Shown piece after piece: positions 40,526 through 50,204 of a DNA stretch of 64,000 nucleotides (its first letter is position 1; every line of letters starts with the position of its first letter). The notes below the pieces were generated by a model that worked only from the letters and a program-made list of their open reading frames with translations, was not told the origin of the DNA and did no database searches. The stretch lies in sequence record SRR22947725_2486; one strand, given 5' to 3'. The position numbers were made by a program, and so were the translations under genes.

Positions 40526-40914
40526 GACGCAGTAGTATTAATCCAGAAAGCCTGACCTCCCATAAAAATCCGATCCCAATGGGTTGCGTAATTGACAATA
40601 TTCTTATGACTTCTGCCATTCAAGGTCATGATCCAAAAACTGGTGGGTTTCCAAAGGATAAAAGCATCCAAATAGAATTGGCTTTTAACGCACTCCGAAC
40701 AATTCTTTTTGAATCAGGCGCCATACCAGAAGATGTTATAAAGCTTGATCTGTTTTTTACAGATAAAGCTGATCGCAGTCTGGTAAATCCCTTTTGGTTA
40801 AAAATGTTTCCAGATCCTTTATCTCGACCTGCGCGCCACGCACAATTGGCCAAGTTAACAAAAGGCTGTTATCTACAAATTACTGCAACCGCTATTATTG
40901 GAAGGAAAACATAA
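40522..40914 (+). CDS. RidA/YjgF family protein
   Basis: HKNPIP, Q...AF..L..IL...GA..EDVIK, W..MFPDP.SRPARH and LQITA motifs. Confidence 0.85.
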   Translation: MRRSSINPESLTSHKNPIPMGCVIDNILMTSAIQGHDPKTGGFPKDKSIQIELAFNALRTILFESGAIPEDVIKLDLFFTDKADRSLVNPFWLKMFPDPLSRPARHAQLAKLTKGCYLQITATAIIGRKT

Positions 40915-41054
40915 CAAACCTACCCTTAGCTGATTTTTGCTCAACATAAATTAATACATATAAATGTAACAACCTAAGGAACTGCTCACTATATAATTGA
41001 GACCCTTAAGGAATTAGGATCGTAAGGCTACTTTCATTCTAAAAAATGTTAGTA

Positions 41055-42311
41055 TTAGGCCCACTCTCCTTTCCGAAATACTGGAACGCTGTTTCCATCA
41101 CTGTCAATACCATCGATATCAATTTCGCTAGACCCAATCATCCAATCAATATGAATAACACTAGTATTCCCTCCAAACCCCCTCACCTGATCAGCAGTAA
41201 AGTTTCCTTCTTGCTTAAAACACTTAGTATAACATTGCCCCAGAGCAATATGACAAGCTGCGTTCTCATCAAAAAGTGTATTGTAGAATAATAAGCCAGA
41301 TTGTGAAATCGGAGAGCTATGCGGTACTAAAGCTACCTCTCCAAGACGTCGTGCGCCCTCATCGGAATCCAATACTTTAAGTAAAACCTGTTCACCTTTG
41401 GATGCCTTTGCTTCTACTATTCTACCACCTTCAAAACGAACTCTAATATCGTCTATCAAAGTGCCCTGATGTGACAAAGGTTTTGTAGAGCAGACATAGC
41501 CTTCAACCTTTTGGGCGTGAGGAGTTGTGAAAACTTCTTCTGAAGGGATATTTGGATTACAAGTAATTCCATTCTTTGCCAAAGATGCTCCACCCATCCA
41601 CTCATGTTGATCGGCCAATCCTACATAAAGGTCAGTACCTGGTCCAACAAAATGTAATGTTTTGAAATTTTTTCTATTTAACCAGTCAGATCTTAATCTT
41701 AAAGCCTTATTATGCTCCTCCCAAGCTTTCATTGGGTCAGGTGTGTCAACCCGCGACGCTGAAAAAATTGCTTTAGCGAGGTTGCTTTGCGCTATTTCAA
41801 TCGGAAGCTCTGGAAACATCTGAGCAGCCCAGGCAAGACTCGGCCACGATATTAAATTCCAATTTATATCAAACTCAGTTATGCGTTGGCGAGCTGGGGT
41901 GTAGGCAATTGAATTAGCCTTATTTGCTCTACCCACTTTATCAGGGTCCTGCTGAGCTAAAAGCATTGGATCATCACCTACAATAGCCATTCGAGCTGTA
42001 TTTTTATCAAAAGCTTCACCCATCCCGTTATAAAGCCAGTCAGCAGCATGGTCAAAAGCATCATCAGAACCATGACGATAACGCGCAAGGGTCACTTCAG
42101 GATCAGAATAAAAGGGGGTCACAAGCCCCGCTCCCGCTTTATACGCATGCACTACCACACGACGTACAAGTGGTAGGGCTTCTATAGGGGCTGTCAATAT
42201 TAGATCCTGTCCAGGTTGAAGACCTAAACCTACTTTCACAGCTAGCTCAGCTAACTTATCAATGCCTTCAGGATCGACTATGTGTGTTTGCGTCTCATTT
42301 TTAATATTCAT
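41055..42311 (-). CDS. aminopeptidase, M29 family (AmpS/PepS/aminopeptidase II)
   Basis: NIPSEEVFT, LGEVALV, LFDENAACHIALG and HIDWMIG motifs. Confidence 0.94.
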   Translation of the reverse strand: MNIKNETQTHIVDPEGIDKLAELAVKVGLGLQPGQDLILTAPIEALPLVRRVVVHAYKAGAGLVTPFYSDPEVTLARYRHGSDDAFDHAADWLYNGMGEAFDKNTARMAIVGDDPMLLAQQDPDKVGRANKANSIAYTPARQRITEFDINWNLISWPSLAWAAQMFPELPIEIAQSNLAKAIFSASRVDTPDPMKAWEEHNKALRLRSDWLNRKNFKTLHFVGPGTDLYVGLADQHEWMGGASLAKNGITCNPNIPSEEVFTTPHAQKVEGYVCSTKPLSHQGTLIDDIRVRFEGGRIVEAKASKGEQVLLKVLDSDEGARRLGEVALVPHSSPISQSGLLFYNTLFDENAACHIALGQCYTKCFKQEGNFTADQVRGFGGNTSVIHIDWMIGSSEIDIDGIDSDGNSVPVFRKGEWA

Positions 42312-42438
42312 TCTCTACCCTTTGATATAGTGAAAGGTCTCTGTTGCCAGCCTACCACCAGTAATTAGAATTAATCGTATACACCTCTACAAAATTAATT
42401 ATGTTTCTAAAAGGAATAAAAAGTATCTGTTATTATTT

Positions 42439-43701
42439 TTATAATGGCTGGATTAGGAAAGCACGGAAATCGTTAACATTTGTAAGGGTCGGGCCAGTTA
42501 CAATTTGTCCACCAACTTCTTTAAAAAAACTATGACTATCATTACGTTCTAAAAATTCATAAGCGTTAATTCCCCTGAGACGTGCAATGTTCAACGTACT
42601 CGGAGCAACAAACGCCCCCGCAACCTCCGCCGTGCCATCTACACCGTCTGTGTCACACGAGATTAAATATATACCAGGCTGCGTATCTAGTTGAACTAAA
42701 GCTGCTAGTGCAAACTCTGCATTTGGTCCACCAATACCGTTGCTCCGAATGGAAACTGTATATTCTCCACCAGACAGAAGTATAACTGGGCTATCTTCCG
42801 CCTGAAGTTTGGATTGAATTTCCAGTGCTATATTTGCCTGCCGAATTCCTTCATTTTTTGCCTCACCCTCTAGAGAATCTCCAAGAAATTCAACTGAAAA
42901 TCCCTGTGATAAGGCAAGTTCCTTAGCAGCAATTAAGGATTTTGAAGGAGCAGAAACAATAATATTTTTTACTCTATCTAGCCGATTATCATTTGGAGGA
43001 ACTACGGTCGACCCATTAGAAAATATAGTTTCAACTACCTTAGGCATGTCCATATTATATTTACTAATAATCTCTTTTGCATCTTTAGCTTTTGAACTCT
43101 CTCCAGTAGTTACACCGGAGGCAATATCTGACAAATTATCACCAGCAACGTCAGAAATAATCAGGCACAACATGTTAGATGGATAGGAAGCCGCTCCTAA
43201 TTGGCCACCCTTAACCTTAGATAGATGTTTGCGAACAACATTCATTTCTCCAATGGGAGCTCCAGAGGTTAACAGTGTCCTATTAACCTTTTGTTTATCA
43301 GAAAGTGATAACCCTTCTGCTGGGGCGCAAAGTAACGAAGAGCCTCCCCCAGAAATCAAACACAATACAAAATCATCTTCTCCAAGAGTTTCTAGTAATG
43401 TTAGAATTTCTTGGGTCCCCGAAACTCCTTGATGATCTGGAGTTGGATGTGAAGCTTCTACAATTTTAATAGAGTTTAGAGGTCTAGTGTAACCGTATCG
43501 GGTAATGACTATACCTTCACATGGCCCCCAAACACTTTCAACAGCCTCTGCCATTCGTGCTGAAGCCTTTCCTGCACCAATGATCACCACCCGTCCACTT
43601 GGTTTCCTAGGTAACATTAAAGGAATTACCTCCATAGGGTCAGCAACTAAAACAGCCTTTTTAAATAATTGATATAAAATTTTATATGGTTCTTTTTCTA
43701 T
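42439..43701 (-). CDS. glycerate kinase type 2 (MOFRL/TtuD family), probable ATA start
   Basis: GAGKAS, EASHP, LISGGGS, KGG, GGE, DGVDG and TNVND motifs; conserved LFKKAVLVADP segment lies upstream of the ATG at 43635. Confidence 0.88.
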   Translation of the reverse strand: MEKEPYKILYQLFKKAVLVADPMEVIPLMLPRKPSGRVVIIGAGKASARMAEAVESVWGPCEGIVITRYGYTRPLNSIKIVEASHPTPDHQGVSGTQEILTLLETLGEDDFVLCLISGGGSSLLCAPAEGLSLSDKQKVNRTLLTSGAPIGEMNVVRKHLSKVKGGQLGAASYPSNMLCLIISDVAGDNLSDIASGVTTGESSKAKDAKEIISKYNMDMPKVVETIFSNGSTVVPPNDNRLDRVKNIIVSAPSKSLIAAKELALSQGFSVEFLGDSLEGEAKNEGIRQANIALEIQSKLQAEDSPVILLSGGEYTVSIRSNGIGGPNAEFALAALVQLDTQPGIYLISCDTDGVDGTAEVAGAFVAPSTLNIARLRGINAYEFLERNDSHSFFKEVGGQIVTGPTLTNVNDFRAFLIQPL

Positions 43702-44031
43702 CTGTTTACTCCCAAGAAGCTTAAATTATTTTCTTATAGTTAATAGACGCATATTTTTTTTCATGTTTTGAGAAGTCATATCAGAAAAAAACATCTTTTT
43801 TAAAAAGTCGATTTTTTAATCTATTTTTAATCTGTAGTTATTTATCTTATTTTTTATAATCAAAACATATTTTTATAATTAAAACAAAGGTATTCAATTT
43901 CTTTCAAAAAATTAATATAATTTAATCTCATATCAGATCTACAATCAATTTCGTACATGAATATTATGCCCAAAGAAAGTTATTCTGAATTTTAATTAGT
44001 ACTAAACAAAAATTAAGGGGAGACCTAGAAA

Positions 44032-44856
44032 ATGCGATTTCAAGATAAAGTAGCAATAGTAACTGGGGGCAACTACGGAATCGGTAGAGGAATAGCTCAC
44101 AAATTTGGAGATGAAGGTGCAAAAATTGCAGTTGTTGCAAGAAATCAGGAGCGTTCAGATCAAGTTGTACAGGAACTAAATGAAAGAGATATTCTAGCAA
44201 AATCATTTAAAACTGATCTTTCTCAAGAAGGAGAAGTAATTAATTTGATAAATGATGTAATGAAAGAATTTGGTCAAATTGATATATTAGTGAATAATGC
44301 CGGGCTAGGCAGCCAAAATAGCGGTGTAGTACCGGCAGATCCACCAGGAAAACGGTGGGAACTCTTTCGAGGTTCAAATATGGACTCTACTTACTTTATG
44401 TGTGCGCACGCATTGAGCCATCTCAGCAAACAACCCAATTCTACTATTATTAATATATCTTCAACTGCAACTTTCCATGGAAACTGGGGGCTTTATGGGG
44501 CTGCAAAAGCAGGGGTTGAAGGAATAACAAGATCATTTGCAGCAGAAGGGGCGCCATATGGAATTCGAGTGAACGCAATAAGTCCTGGTTGGATAGAAAC
44601 AAGCCCAGAACAAACTGCACGTGCTAAGGGGGTTACAACAGGCGGTGACTGGGCGATGCCACCTTCTCTCCTTAATCGTATGGGAACACCTGAGGAGATC
44701 GCAAATACGACGGCATTTCTAGCATCTACTGAGTCTTCGTTTATTACTGGTCAAACCTTGATTGTGGATGGAGGCTTAATTATTATGGATTACCCATCAA
44801 TGTCTTCTTTAGAGTCTGTTGGACATCGTGTCTTTTCTCACTCAAAAGATAAATAG
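44032..44856 (+). CDS. short-chain dehydrogenase/reductase
   Basis: TGGNYGIG, NNAG, YGAAK and VDGG motifs. Confidence 0.92.
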   Translation: MRFQDKVAIVTGGNYGIGRGIAHKFGDEGAKIAVVARNQERSDQVVQELNERDILAKSFKTDLSQEGEVINLINDVMKEFGQIDILVNNAGLGSQNSGVVPADPPGKRWELFRGSNMDSTYFMCAHALSHLSKQPNSTIINISSTATFHGNWGLYGAAKAGVEGITRSFAAEGAPYGIRVNAISPGWIETSPEQTARAKGVTTGGDWAMPPSLLNRMGTPEEIANTTAFLASTESSFITGQTLIVDGGLIIMDYPSMSSLESVGHRVFSHSKDK

Positions 44857-44980
44857 GATACAAACTCCTTTTTCACAAAAGATAATATGTTTATTTAGCA
44901 GCTTAGACTTTTTATATTTTTCTTGTTAATATATTTCGGAAAAAACCCGAGAAAGTTTTATTTTTCTACATTAAAATATT

Positions 44981-46126
44981 TCAGGCCGAGATAACTATTT
45001 TCTTTTTTGGATCAAAGAAAGGTTTTTCTATTACAGATGCTGGGACCTCGCCTGAAGAGGTCAAAACTCTAACTTTTGTACCAATTTCACTATCATTCAA
45101 TGAAACCATTGCTAAGGCTATATTTTTTTTCAAACGAGGTGAGTAAACTGCGGAGGTTACTTTACCTATAATCTGACCATTTCTATTAACCGGCCAAAAA
45201 CGAGTATTAGGACCAGGAAATGGATCACATTCAATACACAGTCCAACTTGCTTTCGCCTAATACCATCAGTCCAAATTTTCTTTAAAGCTGTCTTACCTA
45301 TAAAATCCGCCTCCATTGATAGATCAACAAGCCGGTCTAAACCTAACTCATACGGATTTGTAAAAATATCCATATCTGCATGGTAAGACAATAATCCTCC
45401 TTCAATTCTACGGATTGAAGAAGTATGTCCAGGTTGTAAGCCAAAGGGAGCACCAATATTCATTATCTTTTCCCATAGTTCATTGCCGCGGGTGTGATCT
45501 CTCAAGAATATCTCATACCCCAATTCACTTGACCAACCGGTCCGCGAGATTACTAATGGGATGTCCTCAAGAACAAAGTCTTTTAACCAATAATAACGCA
45601 AATCTAAAATCTCTTTTCCAAATAGTGCTTCCATTATCAGACCAGAAACTGGACCTTGCAACTGTAATGGAGATGCATCAGGTTCAGTTATTTTAACATC
45701 TAAGCCAGAGTTAACTGCCACCCCTTGCGCCCAGAACAGGACATCACTATCTGCTAAAGACAACCAAAAATGTTTTTCGGCTAGTTTTAATAAAACTGGG
45801 TCGTTTAAAATTCCACCATCAGCATTTGTTATTAGAATATACTTACACTGACCAACTTCTAGAGTAGATAAATTCCGAGGAGTAAGTAGCTGAACAAATG
45901 TGGCAGCATCAGGACCAGTAATTTCTACTTGACGTTCCACAGCTACATCGCAAAGTATCGCTTTATTTACCAAGTTCCAAAAGTTTTTTTCTGGATCTCC
46001 AAAATCTCTAGGAATATACATGTGATTATAAACAGAAAAATCACGTGCTCCCCAACGTACTGTTGCATCAAAAAAGGGAGACTTTCGTATCTGGGTTCCA
46101 AAACCAAAATCGTTTAGTGAATTCAT
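44981..46126 (-). CDS. GcvT-family THF-dependent aminomethyltransferase/demethylase (DmdA paralog)
   Basis: VYNHM, DVAVERQVEITGPDA, SRTGWSSELGYE, RIEGG and PFFDP motifs. Confidence 0.88.
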   Translation of the reverse strand: MNSLNDFGFGTQIRKSPFFDATVRWGARDFSVYNHMYIPRDFGDPEKNFWNLVNKAILCDVAVERQVEITGPDAATFVQLLTPRNLSTLEVGQCKYILITNADGGILNDPVLLKLAEKHFWLSLADSDVLFWAQGVAVNSGLDVKITEPDASPLQLQGPVSGLIMEALFGKEILDLRYYWLKDFVLEDIPLVISRTGWSSELGYEIFLRDHTRGNELWEKIMNIGAPFGLQPGHTSSIRRIEGGLLSYHADMDIFTNPYELGLDRLVDLSMEADFIGKTALKKIWTDGIRRKQVGLCIECDPFPGPNTRFWPVNRNGQIIGKVTSAVYSPRLKKNIALAMVSLNDSEIGTKVRVLTSSGEVPASVIEKPFFDPKKKIVISA

Positions 46127-46240
46127 AGGGTACTCATTATTAGTTTATATTCAGCACCTTATCTCACAAGAAGTTGAACTAATCCATATCTCAATTTTGC
46201 AAAAAATCTTAAGAACTACCAATTAATTCAAAATATAATT

Positions 46241-47047
46241 TTATAAGTTTTCAAACTCTGCTCTTCTTGCAGCGTAAGCACAGTTTTCACAGCTTATGTT
46301 ATGTTTTGGTAAATCGGTATCGTTCATTAAATCATACATTCTATCAACTTCATTTTCTATCCAATCTGTACTGGTGTCATAAGGTATAAGTGTCTCTGAA
46401 AATTTCAAATTTCCATAAAACCCATTAGCCTCTTTATTTCCGTTACAGACTAAAAAATAACCTGTCTTCGCTACTTTAAACTTCATTTTCTTAAGCAAAT
46501 AAGCATAAAAATCTAACTGTATTTTATAACCCTGATGGTAAACAGAAGAAAGATAACTCCACACCTCTACTGGCCGTCTATTAGCCTGAGATTTGTAATC
46601 CACAACGATTAATTCTTCTGTATTAGTATTTATCCAAACATCATCCACTCCACCAGTAAGAATAATATTGGTATCTCTATGCCGTGACATCAGTCCAGCA
46701 CGCAAACTATCTCGCCACTTATCTAAATCCGGGTGATCAAACGGGATAATATGCTCTAAATCATATTGCAAGAATAATCGATGTGGTTGTCTTTTTTCAC
46801 GACAAATATCAAATTCTTTTTTTAGAAGTTCATCTGTAGCAGCATTTAACGACCAACCAGGTAAGGAAGGCGAAACAACTCCTTTCACACGATCTAAATA
46901 AAAGCATCTCTGACAGGTCAAAAAGTCAGAAAACTTTCCACGACTAATTTTAAAATCTGCCTTACTAGAGGGGTTGTAAATATTTCTAGATCTCAAACCT
47001 TTTGCAGGGGTTAATTCATACTTTGTATTTCTTTTTAGACTTATCAA
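46241..47047 (-). CDS. PD-(D/E)XK nuclease (Cas4/RecB-like), standalone
   Basis: FLTCQRCFY, GGVDD, VVDYKS, QLDFY and CENC motifs. Confidence 0.85.
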   Translation of the reverse strand: MISLKRNTKYELTPAKGLRSRNIYNPSSKADFKISRGKFSDFLTCQRCFYLDRVKGVVSPSLPGWSLNAATDELLKKEFDICREKRQPHRLFLQYDLEHIIPFDHPDLDKWRDSLRAGLMSRHRDTNIILTGGVDDVWINTNTEELIVVDYKSQANRRPVEVWSYLSSVYHQGYKIQLDFYAYLLKKMKFKVAKTGYFLVCNGNKEANGFYGNLKFSETLIPYDTSTDWIENEVDRMYDLMNDTDLPKHNISCENCAYAARRAEFENL

Positions 47048-47062
47048 TTACCATACCACTTT

Positions 47063-47143
47063 TCATATACATACTCTTTTATGCCATACCTTAAGAAAGA
47101 AAGCTAATAGTAGAGTACAAATAAACAGTAAAATAAGTTTCAT
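47063..47143 (-). CDS. possible 26-aa hydrophobic peptide
   Basis: MKLILLFICTLLLAFFLKVWHKRVCI*; weak GAG RBS. Confidence 0.3.
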   Translation of the reverse strand: MKLILLFICTLLLAFFLKVWHKRVCI

Positions 47144-47396
47144 TATATCTCGCTTAAGTAGCACAAATAGTTTCCTAAGTATAACTAACTAACCCTACTC
47201 TTTGTTTGAAATATTGTTAGATTACCAATCATTTTAATTACAATCACTCCCTAATGAAGATGAGCAATCACAGTAATAGCACTTACTAGAATGAGTTAGT
47301 ATATCTAGTCCTAATATTTTAGATTTGTTTAAATTTGGAAAGACTGAGGTGCTGGAGGTACTTAAAAGAGAACTCATCCAAGTCTTTACATCTTAC

Positions 47397-47444
47397 TATG
47401 GTGTGAATGGGGTGGTCAAAATTACCCACGCCATGCACACCATA
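47397..47444. repeat. GC-rich imperfect inverted repeat
   Basis: TATGGTGTGAATGGGGTGG ... CCACGCCATGCACACCATA, 17/19 complementary. Confidence 0.7.
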
Positions 47445-47544
47445 TTTATACATTAGTTGTGTGCGCGAATAAGTGAGCTGATTAGCAATTTTAATTACTG
47501 TTTATGCAGATAATTTTTAGTAAAATATCTAGGTCAGTCAATCA

Positions 47545-47688
47545 CTACTCTTCACAGGCCACAAGCCCTCCATCGTATTCACAAGCTCTATTCCAAGATG
47601 CTAACTCAACCCAAAATACACCCGTTAAAATGAGTACTACTGCAACGATCCCATTTATTATAACGGAATATTTAGACGGCTTATCCAT
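47545..47688 (-). CDS. small single-TM protein (47 aa)
   Basis: MDKPSKYSVIINGIVAVVLILTGVFWVELASWNRACEYDEGLVACEE*; 8-nt overlap with the upstream small ORF. Confidence 0.5.
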   Translation of the reverse strand: MDKPSKYSVIINGIVAVVLILTGVFWVELASWNRACEYDGGLVACEE

Positions 47689-47782
47689 TAACAAAAATAT
47701 AAAGTTCAATTAACATTGCAAATCCATAAGTTACTAAGCTTACAGCTATTAAGAATAAGGTTGGGGTTATTTCTTTTAACAT
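47681..47782 (-). CDS. small single-TM protein (33 aa)
   Basis: MLKEITPTLFLIAVSLVTYGFAMLIELYIFVNG*; AGGGA RBS. Confidence 0.5.
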   Translation of the reverse strand: MLKEITPTLFLIAVSLVTYGFAMLIELYIFVNG

Positions 47783-47890
47783 AATTTAATTCCCTAAAAG
47801 GCATATTTAATTGGTCGTGATTCACACACCAATCAAACAAACTTTAGCTAGAAGCTATTTATAAAAATAATTAAAACTTTATTCCGAATT

Positions 47891-48196
47891 TTAATCATCA
47901 AATATACTATCATTTAATACAACTTTTTCTCTTATTAAGGACCACTCGGGTTCATCTTCATAGGCTTCAATAAGAAACGGTTTAGTATCCATATGCTCCC
48001 AAATATGGTTACCAAGTTGTTCACACGAAATCGCAGTATAGTCTTTTGATAGAACAGACTTTAGTTCCTCTTCAGGAGAGGTTGGATCTTTAACCCAGTT
48101 AAGTTCAGCATCACTTACATTATTCAACCACTCATTCACTAGGTCACGACGCTCATCTTGGTATTTACGTAATACATGTATGTTTTTCGCAGACAT
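47891..48196 (-). CDS. hypothetical acidic protein
   Basis: AAGGAG RBS, 101 aa, no recognised motif. Confidence 0.65.
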   Translation of the reverse strand: MSAKNIHVLRKYQDERRDLVNEWLNNVSDAELNWVKDPTSPEEELKSVLSKDYTAISCEQLGNHIWEHMDTKPFLIEAYEDEPEWSLIREKVVLNDSIFDD

Positions 48197-48382
48197 ATTT
48201 AGTTACTCCTTTAGTTTTATTTTGGTAATAAACTTACTAATAATATAATAAGATGCATAACTGATTGCCTACTGATGCAAATTTTGTGAAAGAATGTGCA
48301 GGAATTTTGCAACTCGCAGCAAACACTTACAATTTTAAGTATATTTGCTAATCTAGGTCTATAAACAGGGAAGGCTTTCTTA

Positions 48383-49462
48383 ATGAATAAACTTGTTAAA
48401 GTCCTCAGAGCTCGTGACCTAGGCCTTCAATTCCCAGGTCAACCTGGTGAATATAATGCTATAACCGACGTGACTGGCGTAACTGTAGGATTTAAAACTC
48501 TCACTGATACAACAAAATATATTCGCACAGGAGTAACTGCTATTATTCCTATTAATGATACAAATAATCCAAGCCCTGTTTGGGCGGGTCACTACTCACT
48601 AAATGGAAATGGTGAAATGACCGGAACCCACTGGATTAATGATGCTGGATATTTTGTTGGCCCAGTCTGTATAACAAATACTCACTCTGTTGGTATGGTG
48701 CATCACGGAGTAACAAAATGGATGATTCAACGATATAAAGAGTACTTTAAAAATGAGCATGCATGGGCAATGCCCGTTGTGGCAGAAACATATGATGGAG
48801 TTCTAAATGACATAAATGGGCAACATATTAATTCTGATCACGCTGTCGAAGCTTTAAATTCAGCCTCAAATGGAGTTGTGGCTGAGGGTTCTACTGGTGG
48901 TGGCAACGGAATGATCTGTTATGATTTTAAAGGAGGCACTGGCACTTCATCTAGACAAACTGAAATTAAAGGCAAGACCTATACTGTTGGGACGTTAGTT
49001 CAGGCAAATCACGGTATACGTCCTTGGTTGAATATTTTAGGAAAGCCTGTGGGGAGATTGATTCCGCACGAAACACTATTGGCAAAGGAAACAGGCTCAA
49101 TAATTGTTATTATTGCAACGGATGCACCTCTTTCTCCCCTTTCCCTTCGTCAAGTCGCAAAGCGGGCAGCTATAGGTGTAGGTAGAGGTGGGTCACCAGG
49201 AGGAAATAGCTCAGGTGATATTTTTCTTGCTTTTTCGGTCGCTAATAAAAAATTGATGCCACAAAAAGATAATATAATAATAGAAAATAATTTTCTAAAC
49301 TCAGAATATATTGACGCATTGTATTTAGCAGCAGTGGAGAGTGTTGAAGAAGCAGTTGTGAATGCGTTAGTTGCTGGGGAAGACGTCAGAACATTCAAGC
49401 CAAAAGGAAAGATTTGTAAAGCCATAGATATCAATAAGTTAAGAGATATATTTTTTAAGTAA
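48383..49462 (+). CDS. P1 family peptidase (DmpA L-aminopeptidase/D-esterase-like)
   Basis: NAITDV.GV.VG, NGNGEMTG, PVVAETYD, G-SIIVIIATDAP cleavage site and SGDIF motifs. Confidence 0.92.
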   Translation: MNKLVKVLRARDLGLQFPGQPGEYNAITDVTGVTVGFKTLTDTTKYIRTGVTAIIPINDTNNPSPVWAGHYSLNGNGEMTGTHWINDAGYFVGPVCITNTHSVGMVHHGVTKWMIQRYKEYFKNEHAWAMPVVAETYDGVLNDINGQHINSDHAVEALNSASNGVVAEGSTGGGNGMICYDFKGGTGTSSRQTEIKGKTYTVGTLVQANHGIRPWLNILGKPVGRLIPHETLLAKETGSIIVIIATDAPLSPLSLRQVAKRAAIGVGRGGSPGGNSSGDIFLAFSVANKKLMPQKDNIIIENNFLNSEYIDALYLAAVESVEEAVVNALVAGEDVRTFKPKGKICKAIDINKLRDIFFK

Positions 49463-49525
49463 GTAATTTTATATCTTCTTGGCTGGATAGTAAGTTTAAT
49501 AATCAGCGCTATAGGAAACTATCAT

Positions 49526-50095
49526 ATGATTGATGAGAACAATAACATAAAAATAGATGCATCCTTGCGTTACCAGTCTACTCTTCCAGTCTCATCAGAT
49601 GGATTGCTTTTACAGTTGGACAAGTGGGGAATTGAATACGAGCTCTCCAGCCACATACCATTAATGACAGTTAACCAATCAAAAGGTGTTCAAAATAAAT
49701 TCCTAAGCTCTGCTGAAGGCGGGGGGCATATAAAAAATCTTTATCTCAGAGACCACAAGAAAAGAAACATCTTATTAGTCCTAGAGCAAGATCACGAAAT
49801 TGATTTAAAAAAAGTAAAAGAAACATTAGGCACTGGTCGTCTCTCATTTGGTTCCGCGGAAAGATTATTTGAAAACCTAGGAGTCCGTCCTGGTGCTGTT
49901 ACACCGTTATCAATGATCACTGGCGTTAATAATGGTGTAACTTTATTTATGGATTTAAATCTAAAGTCATGTAAGAAAATTTTTGCTCACCCGCTTGTTA
50001 ACGATCGAACTCTTGGTATGTCTATTAAGAGTCTTGAGCAGTTTTTTGAAAAAATAAAAGTTATTCCAAATTGGGTCGACTTAGGGTCTAGTTAA
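49526..50095 (+). CDS. YbaK/ProX family aminoacyl-tRNA editing protein (ProXp-ala-like)
   Basis: KNLYL, RLSF, LGVRPGAVTP and HPLVN motifs. Confidence 0.88.
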   Translation: MIDENNNIKIDASLRYQSTLPVSSDGLLLQLDKWGIEYELSSHIPLMTVNQSKGVQNKFLSSAEGGGHIKNLYLRDHKKRNILLVLEQDHEIDLKKVKETLGTGRLSFGSAERLFENLGVRPGAVTPLSMITGVNNGVTLFMDLNLKSCKKIFAHPLVNDRTLGMSIKSLEQFFEKIKVIPNWVDLGSS

Positions 50096-50204
50096 AAAAT
50101 TATTATACCTAATCACAGAAATAATAGTAATAACTTTTTGAGGTTTTTTGACTTCCGTTAACTCAGTCTACAAGATTTATTAGATCACATCCCACTTGAA
50201 ACTA

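Noticed and set aside
44981-46126. Calling this gene dmdA or gcvT
   Set aside because: The N-terminus differs from DmdA as recalled, and no gcvH/gcvP is nearby; phylogeny is needed
47445-47470. Integron attC-like end (TTATACATTAGTTGTGTGC)
   Set aside because: No convincing complementary arm, no repeated copies and no integrase
47504-47713. Plus-strand 69-aa ORF from the track
   Set aside because: No motif or RBS; the opposite strand has two coupled ORFs with better signals
46241-48380. CRISPR-Cas locus around the Cas4-like nuclease
   Set aside because: No repeat-spacer array and no other cas genes seen
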